A stretch of DNA of 64,000 bases from a virus: the UHGV virus genome UHGV-0277504; one strand, 5' to 3'. The translations under genes and the position numbers were made by a program. Positions within the stretch are counted from its first letter, which is position 1; every line of letters begins with the position of its first letter. This document shows, one piece after another, positions 19,188-29,311 of this stretch. The notes under the pieces are model-generated. The model searched no databases. It was given only the letters and a program-made list of their open reading frames with translations, and was not told where the DNA came from.

Positions 19188-19210
19188 TATCTTATCACCT
19201 TTCAATATAA

Positions 19211-19240
19211 AAATCAAATAAAAGAGTGCTTAAGCACTCT
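19211..19240 (-). terminator. rho-independent terminator (18-nt perfect palindrome AGAGTGCTTAAGCACTCT followed by a U-rich run)
   Basis: 5 nt downstream of the stop of the 19245..20483 gene on the minus strand. Confidence 0.55.
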
Positions 19241-19244
19241 AATA

Positions 19245-20483
19245 TTAAATGTCTAGATTTAAACCTTTTAAAACATCATCAACATTTTTTGGCTGTTCCA
19301 TTTTAGGAGGTTCTTGATATTGTTGTTGATTTTGTTGTACGTTTTGTTGTTGAGGTGGTTGTTGCTGACTTCCAGTGTCGAAAGGTACTTGAGAATCATT
19401 AATAGTATTCTCATCAAAATTCTCCCAAGGATTATTTCCTTGTTGTGGTTGCTGTGGTGCTTGTTGTACCTGATTAAACTGTTGCTGTTGAGTTGGTTGT
19501 TGAGTATTCTGTTGCGATTGAGTATTAATAGTATTCCAATCATTCTGTGGTACTTGTTGTGTGTTTTGTTGTGGTTGATTACTTAAATTACCTGGTAACT
19601 GTTGCTCTACATGCTGTTGTGATGGTTGTGACTGCTGTGTTTGTTGTACTGGTTGTTGAGGTTGGCTAGGTGCATCCCCTAATGTATTTGTATCTCTATT
19701 AAAAGTAAAATTGTCTGTTTCTAAAGGTGTTCCATTTACTTTATTAATTAAGAAGTTAACAAGATTAGGGTTCACCTCTTCTGTAGGTTGAGCTAACTTA
19801 TCTAAGTCTGAAGATAACTCTCTCCAGTTAGAAGGTAAGTTACCGAATTGGTATTGTGGATTAGAGTATACTTGAACATACCAATTTGTTTTATCATTCT
19901 CTTTTGCTTTCTTAAACATTACAGGATAAGCAACGTCTTCAGAAATAAAACTAAATTTAGCTGAAGGAGAAGGATTAAACATTTCATCTCCTAATTGACT
20001 AGCTAAAGCATTATATGCTGTAATAGGAATTTCTAAAGGTGAAATCTTAGGATTACCTGAGTTATCTACTACAGGTTGTAAAGTACCACCATTATTAATA
20101 TACTCAATAACTTCAATATAATATCTATTTGACGGTCTATTAGGGAATCGACTAAAAGGAACCTTATTAGCTATCCAAGATTCAATAAATGGGTCAATAA
20201 CTGACTCTCCTGATGTAGCTGGTAGTGTTAAACCTACGAATTTTTGCTCATTGTTTTTATTGTTGAAGTTAATACCTGTGTTTCTAAATTTCTTATAAAA
20301 TTCTAAAGAACCTTCTTTTTTAGGTGGTAAAATACGTACTAAAATTGAATCTTTAGTTGAACCATCTTTTTGCTTACCTAATCGAATAACTGGATTTTTA
20401 GGTGTATAGTATTCCACCTCATTATTGTTATTATTTTGTGTTTCTTTTGCTTGTTGGTTAATAAATTCTGTAAATGCTGACAT
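19245..20483 (-). CDS. putative ssDNA-binding protein with a long Q/P/N-rich low-complexity linker
   Basis: 412 aa. C-terminal half is QQPVQQTQQSQPSQQ...-type low complexity ending in an acidic/hydrophobic tip (DDVLKGLNLDI). Position between polA and recA. Function inferred, not shown. Confidence 0.35.
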   Translation of the reverse strand: MSAFTEFINQQAKETQNNNNNEVEYYTPKNPVIRLGKQKDGSTKDSILVRILPPKKEGSLEFYKKFRNTGINFNNKNNEQKFVGLTLPATSGESVIDPFIESWIANKVPFSRFPNRPSNRYYIEVIEYINNGGTLQPVVDNSGNPKISPLEIPITAYNALASQLGDEMFNPSPSAKFSFISEDVAYPVMFKKAKENDKTNWYVQVYSNPQYQFGNLPSNWRELSSDLDKLAQPTEEVNPNLVNFLINKVNGTPLETDNFTFNRDTNTLGDAPSQPQQPVQQTQQSQPSQQHVEQQLPGNLSNQPQQNTQQVPQNDWNTINTQSQQNTQQPTQQQQFNQVQQAPQQPQQGNNPWENFDENTINDSQVPFDTGSQQQPPQQQNVQQNQQQYQEPPKMEQPKNVDDVLKGLNLDI

Positions 20484-20573
20484 TATTATAATTCTCTCCT
20501 TTATTTTTATTATGTTATGATTGTAACATAGTTTATTCCATTTGTCAAGTTTAAATTTATAAGAATTTGTATT

Positions 20574-21056
20574 CTAATGTGAAAATGGATTAGTCATTCC
20601 ACCATTTTTATTTGTTTGTCTTAGTTCTGCTGATAACTGTACTAACATTGTAGAACGTTGTTCCCAAGCTTTTACAATATACTGTAACTGTTTTACTTTG
20701 TAATTCCATTGTTCTACAATTTGTTGTTGCTTTTGATAACTTTCATTAAGTAAAATATCTGATTCTATAACATCTTTAGTTGGTTTAATTTTTTGCTGTG
20801 TATATCCTTGTCTTACTTGTTTATTTACAGAAGCTCCTATTTGCTCTAACTTTCTACTTTCTGCTTCTGAATAAGCTCTAACTCTTTCAAGTAAAGAACT
20901 CCAAAAGGCATACTTACTAGATTGTGTATACATCTCTTGTTGTATAGTATACTCACTTAATTTTAACTCATCATGAATATTGAATGTTTTAGCTTCACCA
21001 TTCATATCAACAATAGTAAGTTCTGTAAAATCTAGACTATCTACATGAATTTCCAA
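20574..21056 (-). CDS. hypothetical protein (160 aa)
   Basis: ORF track. Confidence 0.45.
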   Translation of the reverse strand: MEIHVDSLDFTELTIVDMNGEAKTFNIHDELKLSEYTIQQEMYTQSSKYAFWSSLLERVRAYSEAESRKLEQIGASVNKQVRQGYTQQKIKPTKDVIESDILLNESYQKQQQIVEQWNYKVKQLQYIVKAWEQRSTMLVQLSAELRQTNKNGGMTNPFSH

Positions 21057-21109
21057 ATCAATTCCTCCTTTGACATAACTATATCATAAATAGATATAGT
21101 TTGTCAATA

Positions 21110-22099
21110 TTAAATTTTAGTAAATGCTTCTTTATTTCCTTTAATATAATTTTCTTTACTTTCTTTTTCTTCTTCAGTAATCTTACCTGATTCAAAATAA
21201 TCTTGTATTTTTTGGAGTGCTAACATGTATTTAACATAACCAATAGGAGAGTTAAATTCATTCATATGCTTTTCATCATATTCTACTAAATCTCCATAGC
21301 TTGTTCCTATTTCCATATCTGCTACAATAGGATACCTAATATTCTCTCCTTCATACTCAATGTATAAGAAATCAAAAGGTAAGTTTTGCATACAATGTAA
21401 TACAACTTTAGCCATAACTTTAACTTCATCTGGGTGTGTATCAACTACAATACTATCATGTACTGTGGCAATAAGTTTAGACTTCATATTTCTAGTTTGA
21501 ATAAAATCATCAATATAAGTAATTGCCATACTTGTAAACCATGAACCTAAACCTTGTATTCTAGCATTAAATGATTGTCTTAAAGCTTGATTTCTTTTTT
21601 GTTTATCATTACTTGTAGCATTACCTAAAAATCGTCTAAACCCATGTAATGTTTCTACATAACCATGTTTTTGTGCAAACTCATGCGTGTCTTCAATCGC
21701 TTGTCCTACAGCTGGCTTATTTTTATAGTAATTATCAAATAATTCTTCTGCCTCTTCTACAGGCATATTATTTTTACTAGCAAAAGAAAATGGAACGTCA
21801 CCATACAATAATGAGAAACTTACTGTTTTTGCTTTTGTACGTTCATCAGTAGTTATCTCTTCCTCTGGTTTATTATACACTAAGCTTGCTGTATTCTTGT
21901 GTAGGTCTCCCCCGTGTAAGAAAATATTAGTCATATCTTTATCTTTTGTCATCAAACCAGTAACTCTGAGCTCTAAAGCTGAATAATCGGCTTGTAAAAT
22001 TACACCATTGTTAAATCTTGAAACAAAAGAACGTTTAATAGGGTGATGATAATCAAATTTATTGACATTAGATGTGTGTGCTACAATATTTTGTAAATT
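21110..22099 (-). CDS. polA: DNA polymerase I (family A), exon 2: NLQNIVAHTS...ADYSALELRV...DLHKNTAS...RTKAKTVSFSLLYG...VHDSIVVD
   Basis: The frame is open upstream of the track start (TTG at 21955) back to AAU at 22099, preceded by an in-frame TAA. Contains Pol A motifs A (DYSALELR), B (RxxAKxxxFxxxYG) and C (HDS). Confidence 0.8.
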   Translation of the reverse strand, partial: NLQNIVAHTSNVNKFDYHHPIKRSFVSRFNNGVILQADYSALELRVTGLMTKDKDMTNIFLHGGDLHKNTASLVYNKPEEEITTDERTKAKTVSFSLLYGDVPFSFASKNNMPVEEAEELFDNYYKNKPAVGQAIEDTHEFAQKHGYVETLHGFRRFLGNATSNDKQKRNQALRQSFNARIQGLGSWFTSMAITYIDDFIQTRNMKSKLIATVHDSIVVDTHPDEVKVMAKVVLHCMQNLPFDFLYIEYEGENIRYPIVADMEIGTSYGDLVEYDEKHMNEFNSPIGYVKYMLALQKIQDYFESGKITEEEKESKENYIKGNKEAFTKI

Positions 22100-23196
22100 T
22101 TACTTGTGTACAATATAATTTATTTATTATATTGTATCTATTGTCATTTAAACAATAGCTATATATCTCTATATAGGACAGACTATATCATATATCATTT
22201 CTGTGGTAGGTTTATTGTTTATTTACTGTTTCTAAATTTATATCCTTTATACTCTACAAAGTCATCTGTTTTTCTTAATTTATCTCTCAATGTCTTATGA
22301 TTATTCATGTTGAGTAGTTTCATCACCTTATTCATACTATACTTAGTATACAATAGATTACCGTCTAAGTCAAATACATCAATTTTCATATTTTTACTTC
22401 TTTTAGACTCTTTATTTACATACTCCCACTTATAACCTTTATGTGATTTATGTCTTCCAGAAATTACTTGACTTATTTTTGATGGGCTAAAATACCCACC
22501 AGTTTCTCTTTGTGCTTGAGTGGGTGAATCCCACACCTTAACAATATTACCTTCCATATCTTTTTGATATACTGCTTTATTAGATACCTTTTTAAGTTGT
22601 TCCCTAGCACTATACGTATTTTGTCTACCTTGTTTAGCAGAGTGTAAGGTATTGCCCCTATAATCTACCCATTCTAGGTTGTTTACGTGGTTATTCAATC
22701 TATTATTATCGATGTGGTTAACAACATTTAGATTAGGATTATTGTTAGGTATAAAAAGCTTTGCTACTAATCTATGCACTAATATGTTACCCTCAGTAAC
22801 TGTAACTTGTTTGTACCCTGAATTAATAATCCATGGTTTTAATTCATGCTTAGTAATTTTATTTATTACTCTACCTGTATTACTTACTTTATATTTATCA
22901 TCATAATCTTTCCAAACTTCTTTCATATACTCTTCCTTACTATTCCCTACCACAGAAATAATATCCTTGCTTTCGTGGGTGTGTATTGGTTGTGCTACCT
23001 CAACACCTAGTCGTTGAGCCTTCCCCATACTTCCATACACTTTCAGGGGCTTGGTTGCGGATTCTCTTTATTCTTAACCTTTTTACTGTACCAAACACAT
23101 TACTGTTTGCCCTTATATATGTTTCCATTATAAGTTAGTAGTTAAGACCTAACAAGTTTCTCCCCGCAGTTAACAAAGTTTTACAACCCCAATTTA
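22100..23196 (-). mobile_element. group I intron in polA (about 1097 nt) carrying an HNH homing endonuclease gene
   Basis: P1 is predicted as exon AACCCU paired to intron GGGGUU, with the UAAAUU loop and a U.G wobble at the splice site. Exon 2 start AAUUUA can pair with that UAAAUU (P10). The predicted last intron nucleotide is A, not the canonical G. Confidence 0.65.
22219..23040 (-). CDS. HNH homing endonuclease (intron-encoded; GTG start)
   Basis: VNHIDNNRLNNHVNNLEWV HNH motif. N-terminal half resembles NUMOD/AP2-type DNA-binding repeats. Confidence 0.75.
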   Translation of the reverse strand: MYGSMGKAQRLGVEVAQPIHTHESKDIISVVGNSKEEYMKEVWKDYDDKYKVSNTGRVINKITKHELKPWIINSGYKQVTVTEGNILVHRLVAKLFIPNNNPNLNVVNHIDNNRLNNHVNNLEWVDYRGNTLHSAKQGRQNTYSAREQLKKVSNKAVYQKDMEGNIVKVWDSPTQAQRETGGYFSPSKISQVISGRHKSHKGYKWEYVNKESKRSKNMKIDVFDLDGNLLYTKYSMNKVMKLLNMNNHKTLRDKLRKTDDFVEYKGYKFRNSK

Positions 23197-25425
23197 AGGG
23201 TTACTACTGGCTAATCTTCCTGTACTTGTAGTTGTTGATGAGAAACTACCATGTAGTGTTTGTGTGTTTTTATTAACCATTCTAGGAAGCTTATGAGTAA
23301 ATGAGTTTCGTTTTGTTCGTATAGAGGCGTAGTATAATAAGTCTTCTATTAGTTCTTTGTTATCTTCTGTTACTTCTAAATCAGATAATATATATCCTAG
23401 AGCTTTAGTATCTGTTTTATAGTCTTCCCAACTAATATCTTGCTCTTTCTTTTTCTCAAAAGAGGTAGCTTTAACGTAGTTCTGGTCATAAGGTAATTCA
23501 AAACCTAATATTTTATACAATAGTTCACTTTTATGGTCTCCTGACCCTATATTAAATTTCCACCCATCATCTTTATACTTATTTCTGTACTTCTCTATTT
23601 CTGGGTCTCTTTCTTTTTTAGGTTTACTAAACTCTTCTAAACCTAGTTCATATAAGTTATATTTTTCTTCTTCAAATTCTTTTACCGCCCAATGTTCTCT
23701 TATTTTATTTTCAATTTTAGTTAATTCTAATTCATAGGCTTTGTCATTCTTTTCCATGTAATCTAAATCAGCATATAGACCATTACTCTCTATTCTTGCT
23801 AGGGTTCTATCTAACCTTGGATAATCTTGTTGCCATAACTTTATTGCTTTAGGTCGTTGTTGGTCTTTTAATTTTTCTAGTATATTAGAATAAATTCTAC
23901 GACATACATCAACGTCACCACTAGCATAAGGGTGCATTAGTTCTAAAGGAATCCAATCATAATTAAACTTACCACCATCAACTTCATTATATACATCTGT
24001 ATGTTTTTTAAACCTATTAATTAATTCTAAAGCTGTTTTAAGTGTATATTCTTTACCTTCATCACTTAAAGACATATACTCATCCGAAAGCTTAGCTACC
24101 TCTTCAAACTCTGAATCACCCATTAACATTGTTTTTGTTAATCGTTCTGGGTGTAAACCTAATTGAATATATTGCTTATCAGTACTATTCATTTCTGTTT
24201 TTTGCTCATATTTATCAAGCTCTACTTCTTTATCCACACTAATGTTTTCAGATAACCAATTTTTATATTCTGTTGCTTTAATATTATGTTCTTTTTTTGC
24301 AATACTCTTGTTATCTTTAATAATAGTAGACATTTTTTCTGACAAGAATTTAAGTAATTTTCTACTAAACCATTTTTTAAATTCTTCTAACGGTGTGTCA
24401 TACCCACCCATATCTGTAACCTCATATGCTAAGTCAGACAGGCGTTTAGAATCTGTGGTTTCTTGTGTTACAGCTAAATACCAGCCTACAAGTGTGTCTT
24501 GATTATTTTCAAATGTGTTAAATCCTAGTGTACTCATTAGGAATTTTATATCATATTTAATATTATGACCTACTTTTATATCCTCTTTATCAGCTAACCA
24601 CTCTCTTAAGTAACTTAGTATCTCATCAATATCTTTTTGTCCGTTTTTCCAATTAAAATCAGATTTATAAATAGGTATTGTGACACCTTGTCCGTTTTTC
24701 CAACTTAAAGATACTACTAAAACTTTACTTCCTGCTCTATCTGGTTTTAGTGAATTAGTCTCTGTATCCCAAGCTGTTATATCTATACCATCATTATTAT
24801 CTTTTTTTACTTCTTTAGTAAAAATCTCTCTTACTCTTTCAATATCTGTTACAAGTTCATATGACACTTTTTTAGGTTTAAAGGCTTCTTCTCCATTTTT
24901 TACAAATTTACCTAATAAATTAAGGTCTGTAACTACATGACGTTCAGCATTTTTATTAACATTAGTGTATTCAATACTATAAGTAGGTAATACCCAAACA
25001 TCTTTACTTGTATTTTCAGTACTTAATGTTATTTTGTGAGGTACACCTCTTACTGAACCTAATTTTGTAACGTTTAGTAAAAATTTAATACCTAGTTTAC
25101 CTAAAGGAACAATAATATCATAATTATTATCAATAATTCGTTTAGTTAATTCTGAGTAATAAGGTTTAACTTCTGTTTGCTTTACATCTTGGTATTTAAC
25201 AATCTTACCGTAATTATTTGTTACAGGTGTTGGTATAGCCTTATACACAAAATCAATATCATAATCTTTTCTAGAATTATCTCTTACTAAACCTGAACAT
25301 CTCTCTAATAACATTTTTAAAGTTTTACCATTTTGAGTATTAAAAAGATTTAATCTTGTTTTATTATCATCTGTAACTTTAAAATGTTCTTCTCTTATGT
25401 GGTCGTATAAAATTAAAGCTTTCAT
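23197..25425 (-). CDS. polA: DNA polymerase I (family A), exon 1: 3'-5' exonuclease (ITAWDTETNSL) plus the N-terminal polymerase domain, up to ...TGRLASSNP
   Basis: The track ORF 23194..25500 begins at a TTG. The real start is the ATG at 25425, preceded by AAGGAG with 9-nt spacing. Exon 1 plus exon 2 gives about 1072 aa. Confidence 0.8.
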
Positions 25426-25456
25426 ATTTATCTTCTCCTTACACTTGTTTAAATAT

Positions 25457-25485
25457 ATGATACCATAGAATATCTTTAATGTCAA
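25457..25485 (-). promoter_or_regulatory. promoter TTGACA-17-TATCAT for polA. The leader contains the 14-nt motif AAACAAGTGTAAGG.
   Basis: Minus strand: -35 at 25485..25480, -10 at 25462..25457, motif at 25450..25437. Confidence 0.45.
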
Positions 25486-25518
25486 TAAAAAAAGAGACAA
25501 ATTTTTTAATCTGTCTCT
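25486..25518 (-). terminator. rho-independent terminator overlapping the stop codon of the HU-like gene
   Basis: AGAGACAGAU...UUUGUCUCU stem then U7 on the minus strand. Confidence 0.5.
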
Positions 25519-25805
25519 CTAAGTCTTTCATTTGCTTCTTCTAAGTATTTCATAGGTTTAATCTTAAGTACTTTCTTACTAGGTATAGTATAGTACTTCT
25601 TATCTAATCCATTCCATGCTCTTTTTTCTGGTTTTTCAATTACTTCTATTTGATATAATTTATGATTTTTTATTTTTTCTTGCCCTTCGTCAATGAAATC
25701 AACGATAGCTTTTGATTCTGCTTCTAATATTTCTTCTATATCCTGTATGTAGTATCCTGTTTCCTCTGATATTCTTCTAGCTATATCTTTTCTATTTACT
25801 GTCAT
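25506..25805 (-). CDS. HU/IHF-like histone-like DNA-binding protein (99 aa)
   Basis: MTVNRKDIARRISEETGYYIQDIEEILEA... matches the HU N-terminal helix pattern. Size and position (next to polA) as in SPO1-like phages. Confidence 0.45.
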   Translation of the reverse strand: MTVNRKDIARRISEETGYYIQDIEEILEAESKAIVDFIDEGQEKIKNHKLYQIEVIEKPEKRAWNGLDKKYYTIPSKKVLKIKPMKYLEEANERLRETD

Positions 25806-25813
25806 TATTATAC

Positions 25814-26539
25814 CTACAGTTTAACATTCTTTTGTTTTTTTAATTTAGTTATCTCATTTGTAACATCTTGGTGGTCTTCTTCACTAGTAAGGATATAGAT
25901 ATACATTTTCCATACAGATAGAGATACTCTAATTCTTTCAGCAAAATCAATTTTATATTCAGGTTTTAGTACGTAACCTTCACCATCAAAATCATAAAAT
26001 TTTTTTTGTTTTTCTTCAATTGTTCTTATCTTAGGGAATGTTAAGTGAACCTCATCAACATTAGTTTTAATTGGATGTAAATTTCTAATAATTTCATAAG
26101 GATTTACATAAGGAAGTACTATTGAAATATCAATTATTACTTTAGTTCCCATAAAGGATAATGCTATATTATCAATTTCTTTATCTGAAAAACGCTCACG
26201 CATTTTATAAACAACTGCTGAATTTTGGTTTGTAGATAAGTCTTTAAATACATAATAAGGTATAATAGAATCTGTATAATAGTAAACACCGCCTCCATGT
26301 TTACATACTTTCTCAATAAGCCTATCGTTATTATACTTCTCATTAAATAACATATAAGTATTATCATCTTTGAGTATATATCTACTAGACTTAGTAGCTA
26401 CCTTATCTAGATTTTTTTCTATATCCTCTTCATTTGCATGTGTTATTTTTATTGATTTACTTATTTCTTTTTTATCTTTAGTATGAATATTGAAATATCT
26501 ATCACTATTATATATAGTTAGTGTTTTATTTTTTGCCAT
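25814..26539 (-). CDS. hypothetical protein (241 aa)
   Basis: ORF track. Its ATG is immediately preceded by a hairpin that contains TATAAT in its loop and GTGAGG in its stem. Confidence 0.5.
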   Translation of the reverse strand: MAKNKTLTIYNSDRYFNIHTKDKKEISKSIKITHANEEDIEKNLDKVATKSSRYILKDDNTYMLFNEKYNNDRLIEKVCKHGGGVYYYTDSIIPYYVFKDLSTNQNSAVVYKMRERFSDKEIDNIALSFMGTKVIIDISIVLPYVNPYEIIRNLHPIKTNVDEVHLTFPKIRTIEEKQKKFYDFDGEGYVLKPEYKIDFAERIRVSLSVWKMYIYILTSEEDHQDVTNEITKLKKQKNVKL

Positions 26540-26604
26540 AAAAAAACCTCACTTCTTTGTATAAATTAATTATACCATAAAAGTGAGATTTATCAAAATT
26601 AAAT

Positions 26605-26928
26605 TTAAATATTTTCTAAATCTTTAAATTTCATAGGGTTTACATCGTCACCTTCTAAAGTAACTTTAAGTTCTCCGTTTTTAAAACAAAGTAACAAAGG
26701 AGTACTCATAACATTAAATTTCTCGATAGCTAACTCTCTATCCACATCTTCATCATCTAAATTTAATGAGAAAATAGGTTTTGTAATATCTCCAGTCTTT
26801 TCAAATTCAGGTAAGATATTTTTTAAAATCTCACATTTAGCACATCCGTCTTGTGAAATTAATACAATAGCGTCATCATTGTATGAGATTTTTGTATTTA
26901 AGTCTACTAAGCTTTCTAATTTTTCCAT
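26605..26928 (-). CDS. thioredoxin/glutaredoxin-like protein (NrdH-like)
   Basis: DGCAKCE CxxC motif. Small size. Adjacent to the nrd genes. Confidence 0.5.
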   Translation of the reverse strand: MEKLESLVDLNTKISYNDDAIVLISQDGCAKCEILKNILPEFEKTGDITKPIFSLNLDDEDVDRELAIEKFNVMSTPLLLCFKNGELKVTLEGDDVNPMKFKDLENI

Positions 26929-26930
26929 AT

Positions 26931-27242
26931 TTATTCTTCATCCTTTTCTAATAAATTAATTACTTCTTCAAAGCTATTTACATTATAAACTATTGGATGT
27001 TCTAATCCTTGTGACTTATCTATAACTGTGAGTGCACTGTTATTATACCCTAAAATATAATTAGTACTCTTATAACTAAATTCTAATTGAAAAGAAGTAG
27101 ACTCTGAATCAGGTCTAGTATCTTCTTTCTGATTAAGTATTTTAATAGGGTCGTATAAGTCTTCTACATATTTGAAATCATCATACTTTTTAAACAAAGT
27201 CTCTGCTTTATTCATAAGTACTAATGCTTCTTTTCTATCCAT
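26931..27242 (-). CDS. hypothetical protein (103 aa)
   Basis: ORF track. Confidence 0.45.
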   Translation of the reverse strand: MDRKEALVLMNKAETLFKKYDDFKYVEDLYDPIKILNQKEDTRPDSESTSFQLEFSYKSTNYILGYNNSALTVIDKSQGLEHPIVYNVNSFEEVINLLEKDEE

Positions 27243-27281
27243 AATAACTTTCCTTTCTTATGTTATACTATAAAAAGGTTA

Positions 27282-28355
27282 TCATAAAAATTTATCTACT
27301 AAATCACTTTCATTATCTTCGATATTAAAATCATCATCTTTAATATCTTTAATATTAGTAGATTTTTCATAATCTGCTTTCCCACTAAAGAAATCTACGT
27401 GTCTCATTCTACCTACATCAATTTGATTATTAACAATAGCATTAAAAGGTTCTGGATGAAAATAATCTTCTTTACCTAAATTAGATAAGGCTCTATTAAA
27501 ATTATATTCTACATATCTAATTACATCTTCAGTTAATCCTAAGTCATCATATAACATATGTGTATATGATACTTCATTATCATATAATATGTCAAGTAAT
27601 TTATACATTAATTTATCAGCTTTTTCTTTTTCCGTATCTGTTAATTGTTCATAATCATATTGTGCTGTCAACCCTACTGCTGAACCATGATATGATTCAT
27701 CTTGAGTTATTTTAAATATAACAGCTCCTGATTGTGTCATACGACCTTGACCTGCTAAAAGTAAAGGGTAATAGAACCCGGAGTAGAATAAGGCACTCTC
27801 TAAAAACGCACTGGCAACTTTTGCCATATATCTATCAAAAGTAGTAGGCTCTGGGTTTAGTAACTTTTTGTAAAAATAACCAATAAATTGAGCTTTTTTA
27901 ATTAAGTGGCTTTCTTCTCTTACCCACTCATCTAATAAATAATTAGTTTCTTTATTATTTAAAATAGTTGTAAATATATGAGAGTATGAACGTTCATGTA
28001 CAAACTCCATCATACCCATATATCCAAAAACAGCTTTATAATGTCTTCTAGGTTCTTGATATGAAATAAGGTTCATACCTTCTCCGCCTTGTTTAGCATC
28101 TAAACCAGTTAACCCTGCTAAAACTTTTTTATAAGTTTCTCTCTCAATGTCAGAGAGTTCATTCCAAGAATTTAAATCCCTGGAAATATCGAACTCTTCA
28201 GGAAACCAGATTTGATTAACACCTTGGTTCCAATAAATCTCAGACATACCGTCTGATTGTTTATTCCAATTAATTGGTTCTAATTTATCTTCTTTATTAT
28301 TTAATTCTACTGCTTTTCTTAGTGACATTTGTTTTCCTTCCTTTATACCGAACAT
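27282..28355 (-). CDS. nrdF: ribonucleotide reductase class Ib beta subunit (NrdF). Real start may be the Met at 28328.
   Basis: Ferritin-like R2 di-iron motifs (EIYWNQ..., FVHERSYSHIF) with a C-terminal acidic tail. Confidence 0.8.
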   Translation of the reverse strand: MFGIKEGKQMSLRKAVELNNKEDKLEPINWNKQSDGMSEIYWNQGVNQIWFPEEFDISRDLNSWNELSDIERETYKKVLAGLTGLDAKQGGEGMNLISYQEPRRHYKAVFGYMGMMEFVHERSYSHIFTTILNNKETNYLLDEWVREESHLIKKAQFIGYFYKKLLNPEPTTFDRYMAKVASAFLESALFYSGFYYPLLLAGQGRMTQSGAVIFKITQDESYHGSAVGLTAQYDYEQLTDTEKEKADKLMYKLLDILYDNEVSYTHMLYDDLGLTEDVIRYVEYNFNRALSNLGKEDYFHPEPFNAIVNNQIDVGRMRHVDFFSGKADYEKSTNIKDIKDDDFNIEDNESDLVDKFL

Positions 28356-29311
28356 GTTTCACATTCAATTACCTCTAACTTACGTGAACGTGTATAATAT
28401 AATGATTTTAATCCTTTAGACCATGCATAGTAGTATAAACTTACTAGTTTATTTGTAGGTATTTCTGATTCAACATATAAAATTGTAGAAACTGCTTGGT
28501 CTGTATGCTTCTGAACCACAGCACCTGTATTTATGATTTTTTTATTATCTAATTTATATGCTGTTTCATTATCGTAAAAGAATTGAGTAATAGGACTCAA
28601 GAAAGGCATAGGGTAATATGTTTCCATATCTCCATACTGTCTATTCTCAATCGCACTAGGTACAGGCATAATGCTTGCTGTAGCATTTTGAACATATGAA
28701 ATAGATTGTGTTGGAGCTTCCGCTCTTCTGTAAGCATTATATAAACCGTATCTTTTAACATCTTTAGCTAATTGTTCCCAATCATCTTGACTAGGGATAT
28801 ACACTTTTTCTAAAACTTCTTTAGCTTTTTGTGTTGTTGGTTCATTAGATTTATTAATGTATGGTTTGAAATAATTACCATTAGCATACTCGGATTTTTC
28901 AAACCCTTTAAATGACTTACCTTTTTCTTTAGCAATGTGCATACTAGATTTAATAGAGTTATAGTTTATTGCACTATACAAGCTGTTAATGAGGTCTAAA
29001 GCTTCTAATGAACCATAACTAATCATATTTTTAGCTAAGAGTCCATGTAAATTAAGTGAACCTAAACCTACTGCATGTAATTCATCATTAGCTTTATTTA
29101 CACTAGGTAAAAATGGTAGATACATCATATCAGTAACATTTGACAAAGAACGCATACCCATATCAACTGACTCTTCAAGTAAACCTTTCTCTACAACATT
29201 TACTAAGTTTAATGATGCTAGTGTACAAATAACATCCCTACCGATATTATCTTTATCAGATTCCATATAAGGATGTATATCTGATACTTCTTGTAATTGT
29301 GCTATTTCTGT
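28343..29311 (-). CDS. nrdE: ribonucleotide reductase class Ib alpha subunit (NrdE), exon 2: TEIAQLQEV...DVICTLASLNL...
   Basis: The frame is open upstream of the track Met to ACA at 29311, preceded by G 29312 and an in-frame UGA. Joins exon 1 to give SNLC|TEI. Confidence 0.8.
   Translation of the reverse strand, partial: TEIAQLQEVSDIHPYMESDKDNIGRDVICTLASLNLVNVVEKGLLEESVDMGMRSLSNVTDMMYLPFLPSVNKANDELHAVGLGSLNLHGLLAKNMISYGSLEALDLINSLYSAINYNSIKSSMHIAKEKGKSFKGFEKSEYANGNYFKPYINKSNEPTTQKAKEVLEKVYIPSQDDWEQLAKDVKRYGLYNAYRRAEAPTQSISYVQNATASIMPVPSAIENRQYGDMETYYPMPFLSPITQFFYDNETAYKLDNKKIINTGAVVQKHTDQAVSTILYVESEIPTNKLVSLYYYAWSKGLKSLYYTRSRKLEVIECETCSV

Noticed and set aside
19223-19240. 18-nt perfect palindrome AGAGTGCTTAAGCACTCT as a protein operator or restriction-site cluster
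   Set aside because: It lies 5 nt after a stop codon and is followed by a U-rich run on the coding strand. Interpreted as an intrinsic terminator.
19268-19543. Minus-strand 91-aa ORF nested in the SSB-like gene
   Set aside because: An alternative frame through the Q/P codon repeat. Artefact of low-complexity sequence.
23194-25500. Track ORF start at 25500 (TTG, MSLFLLTL...) for polA exon 1, and 37307 for the gene ending at 36813
   Set aside because: Both N-terminal extensions read through promoter/terminator elements and lack an RBS. Internal ATGs at 25425 and 37202 have canonical AAGGAG spacing.
26164-26367. 67-aa ORF nested inside 25814..26539
   Set aside because: Out-of-frame nested ORF with no start context. 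The host gene is continuous.
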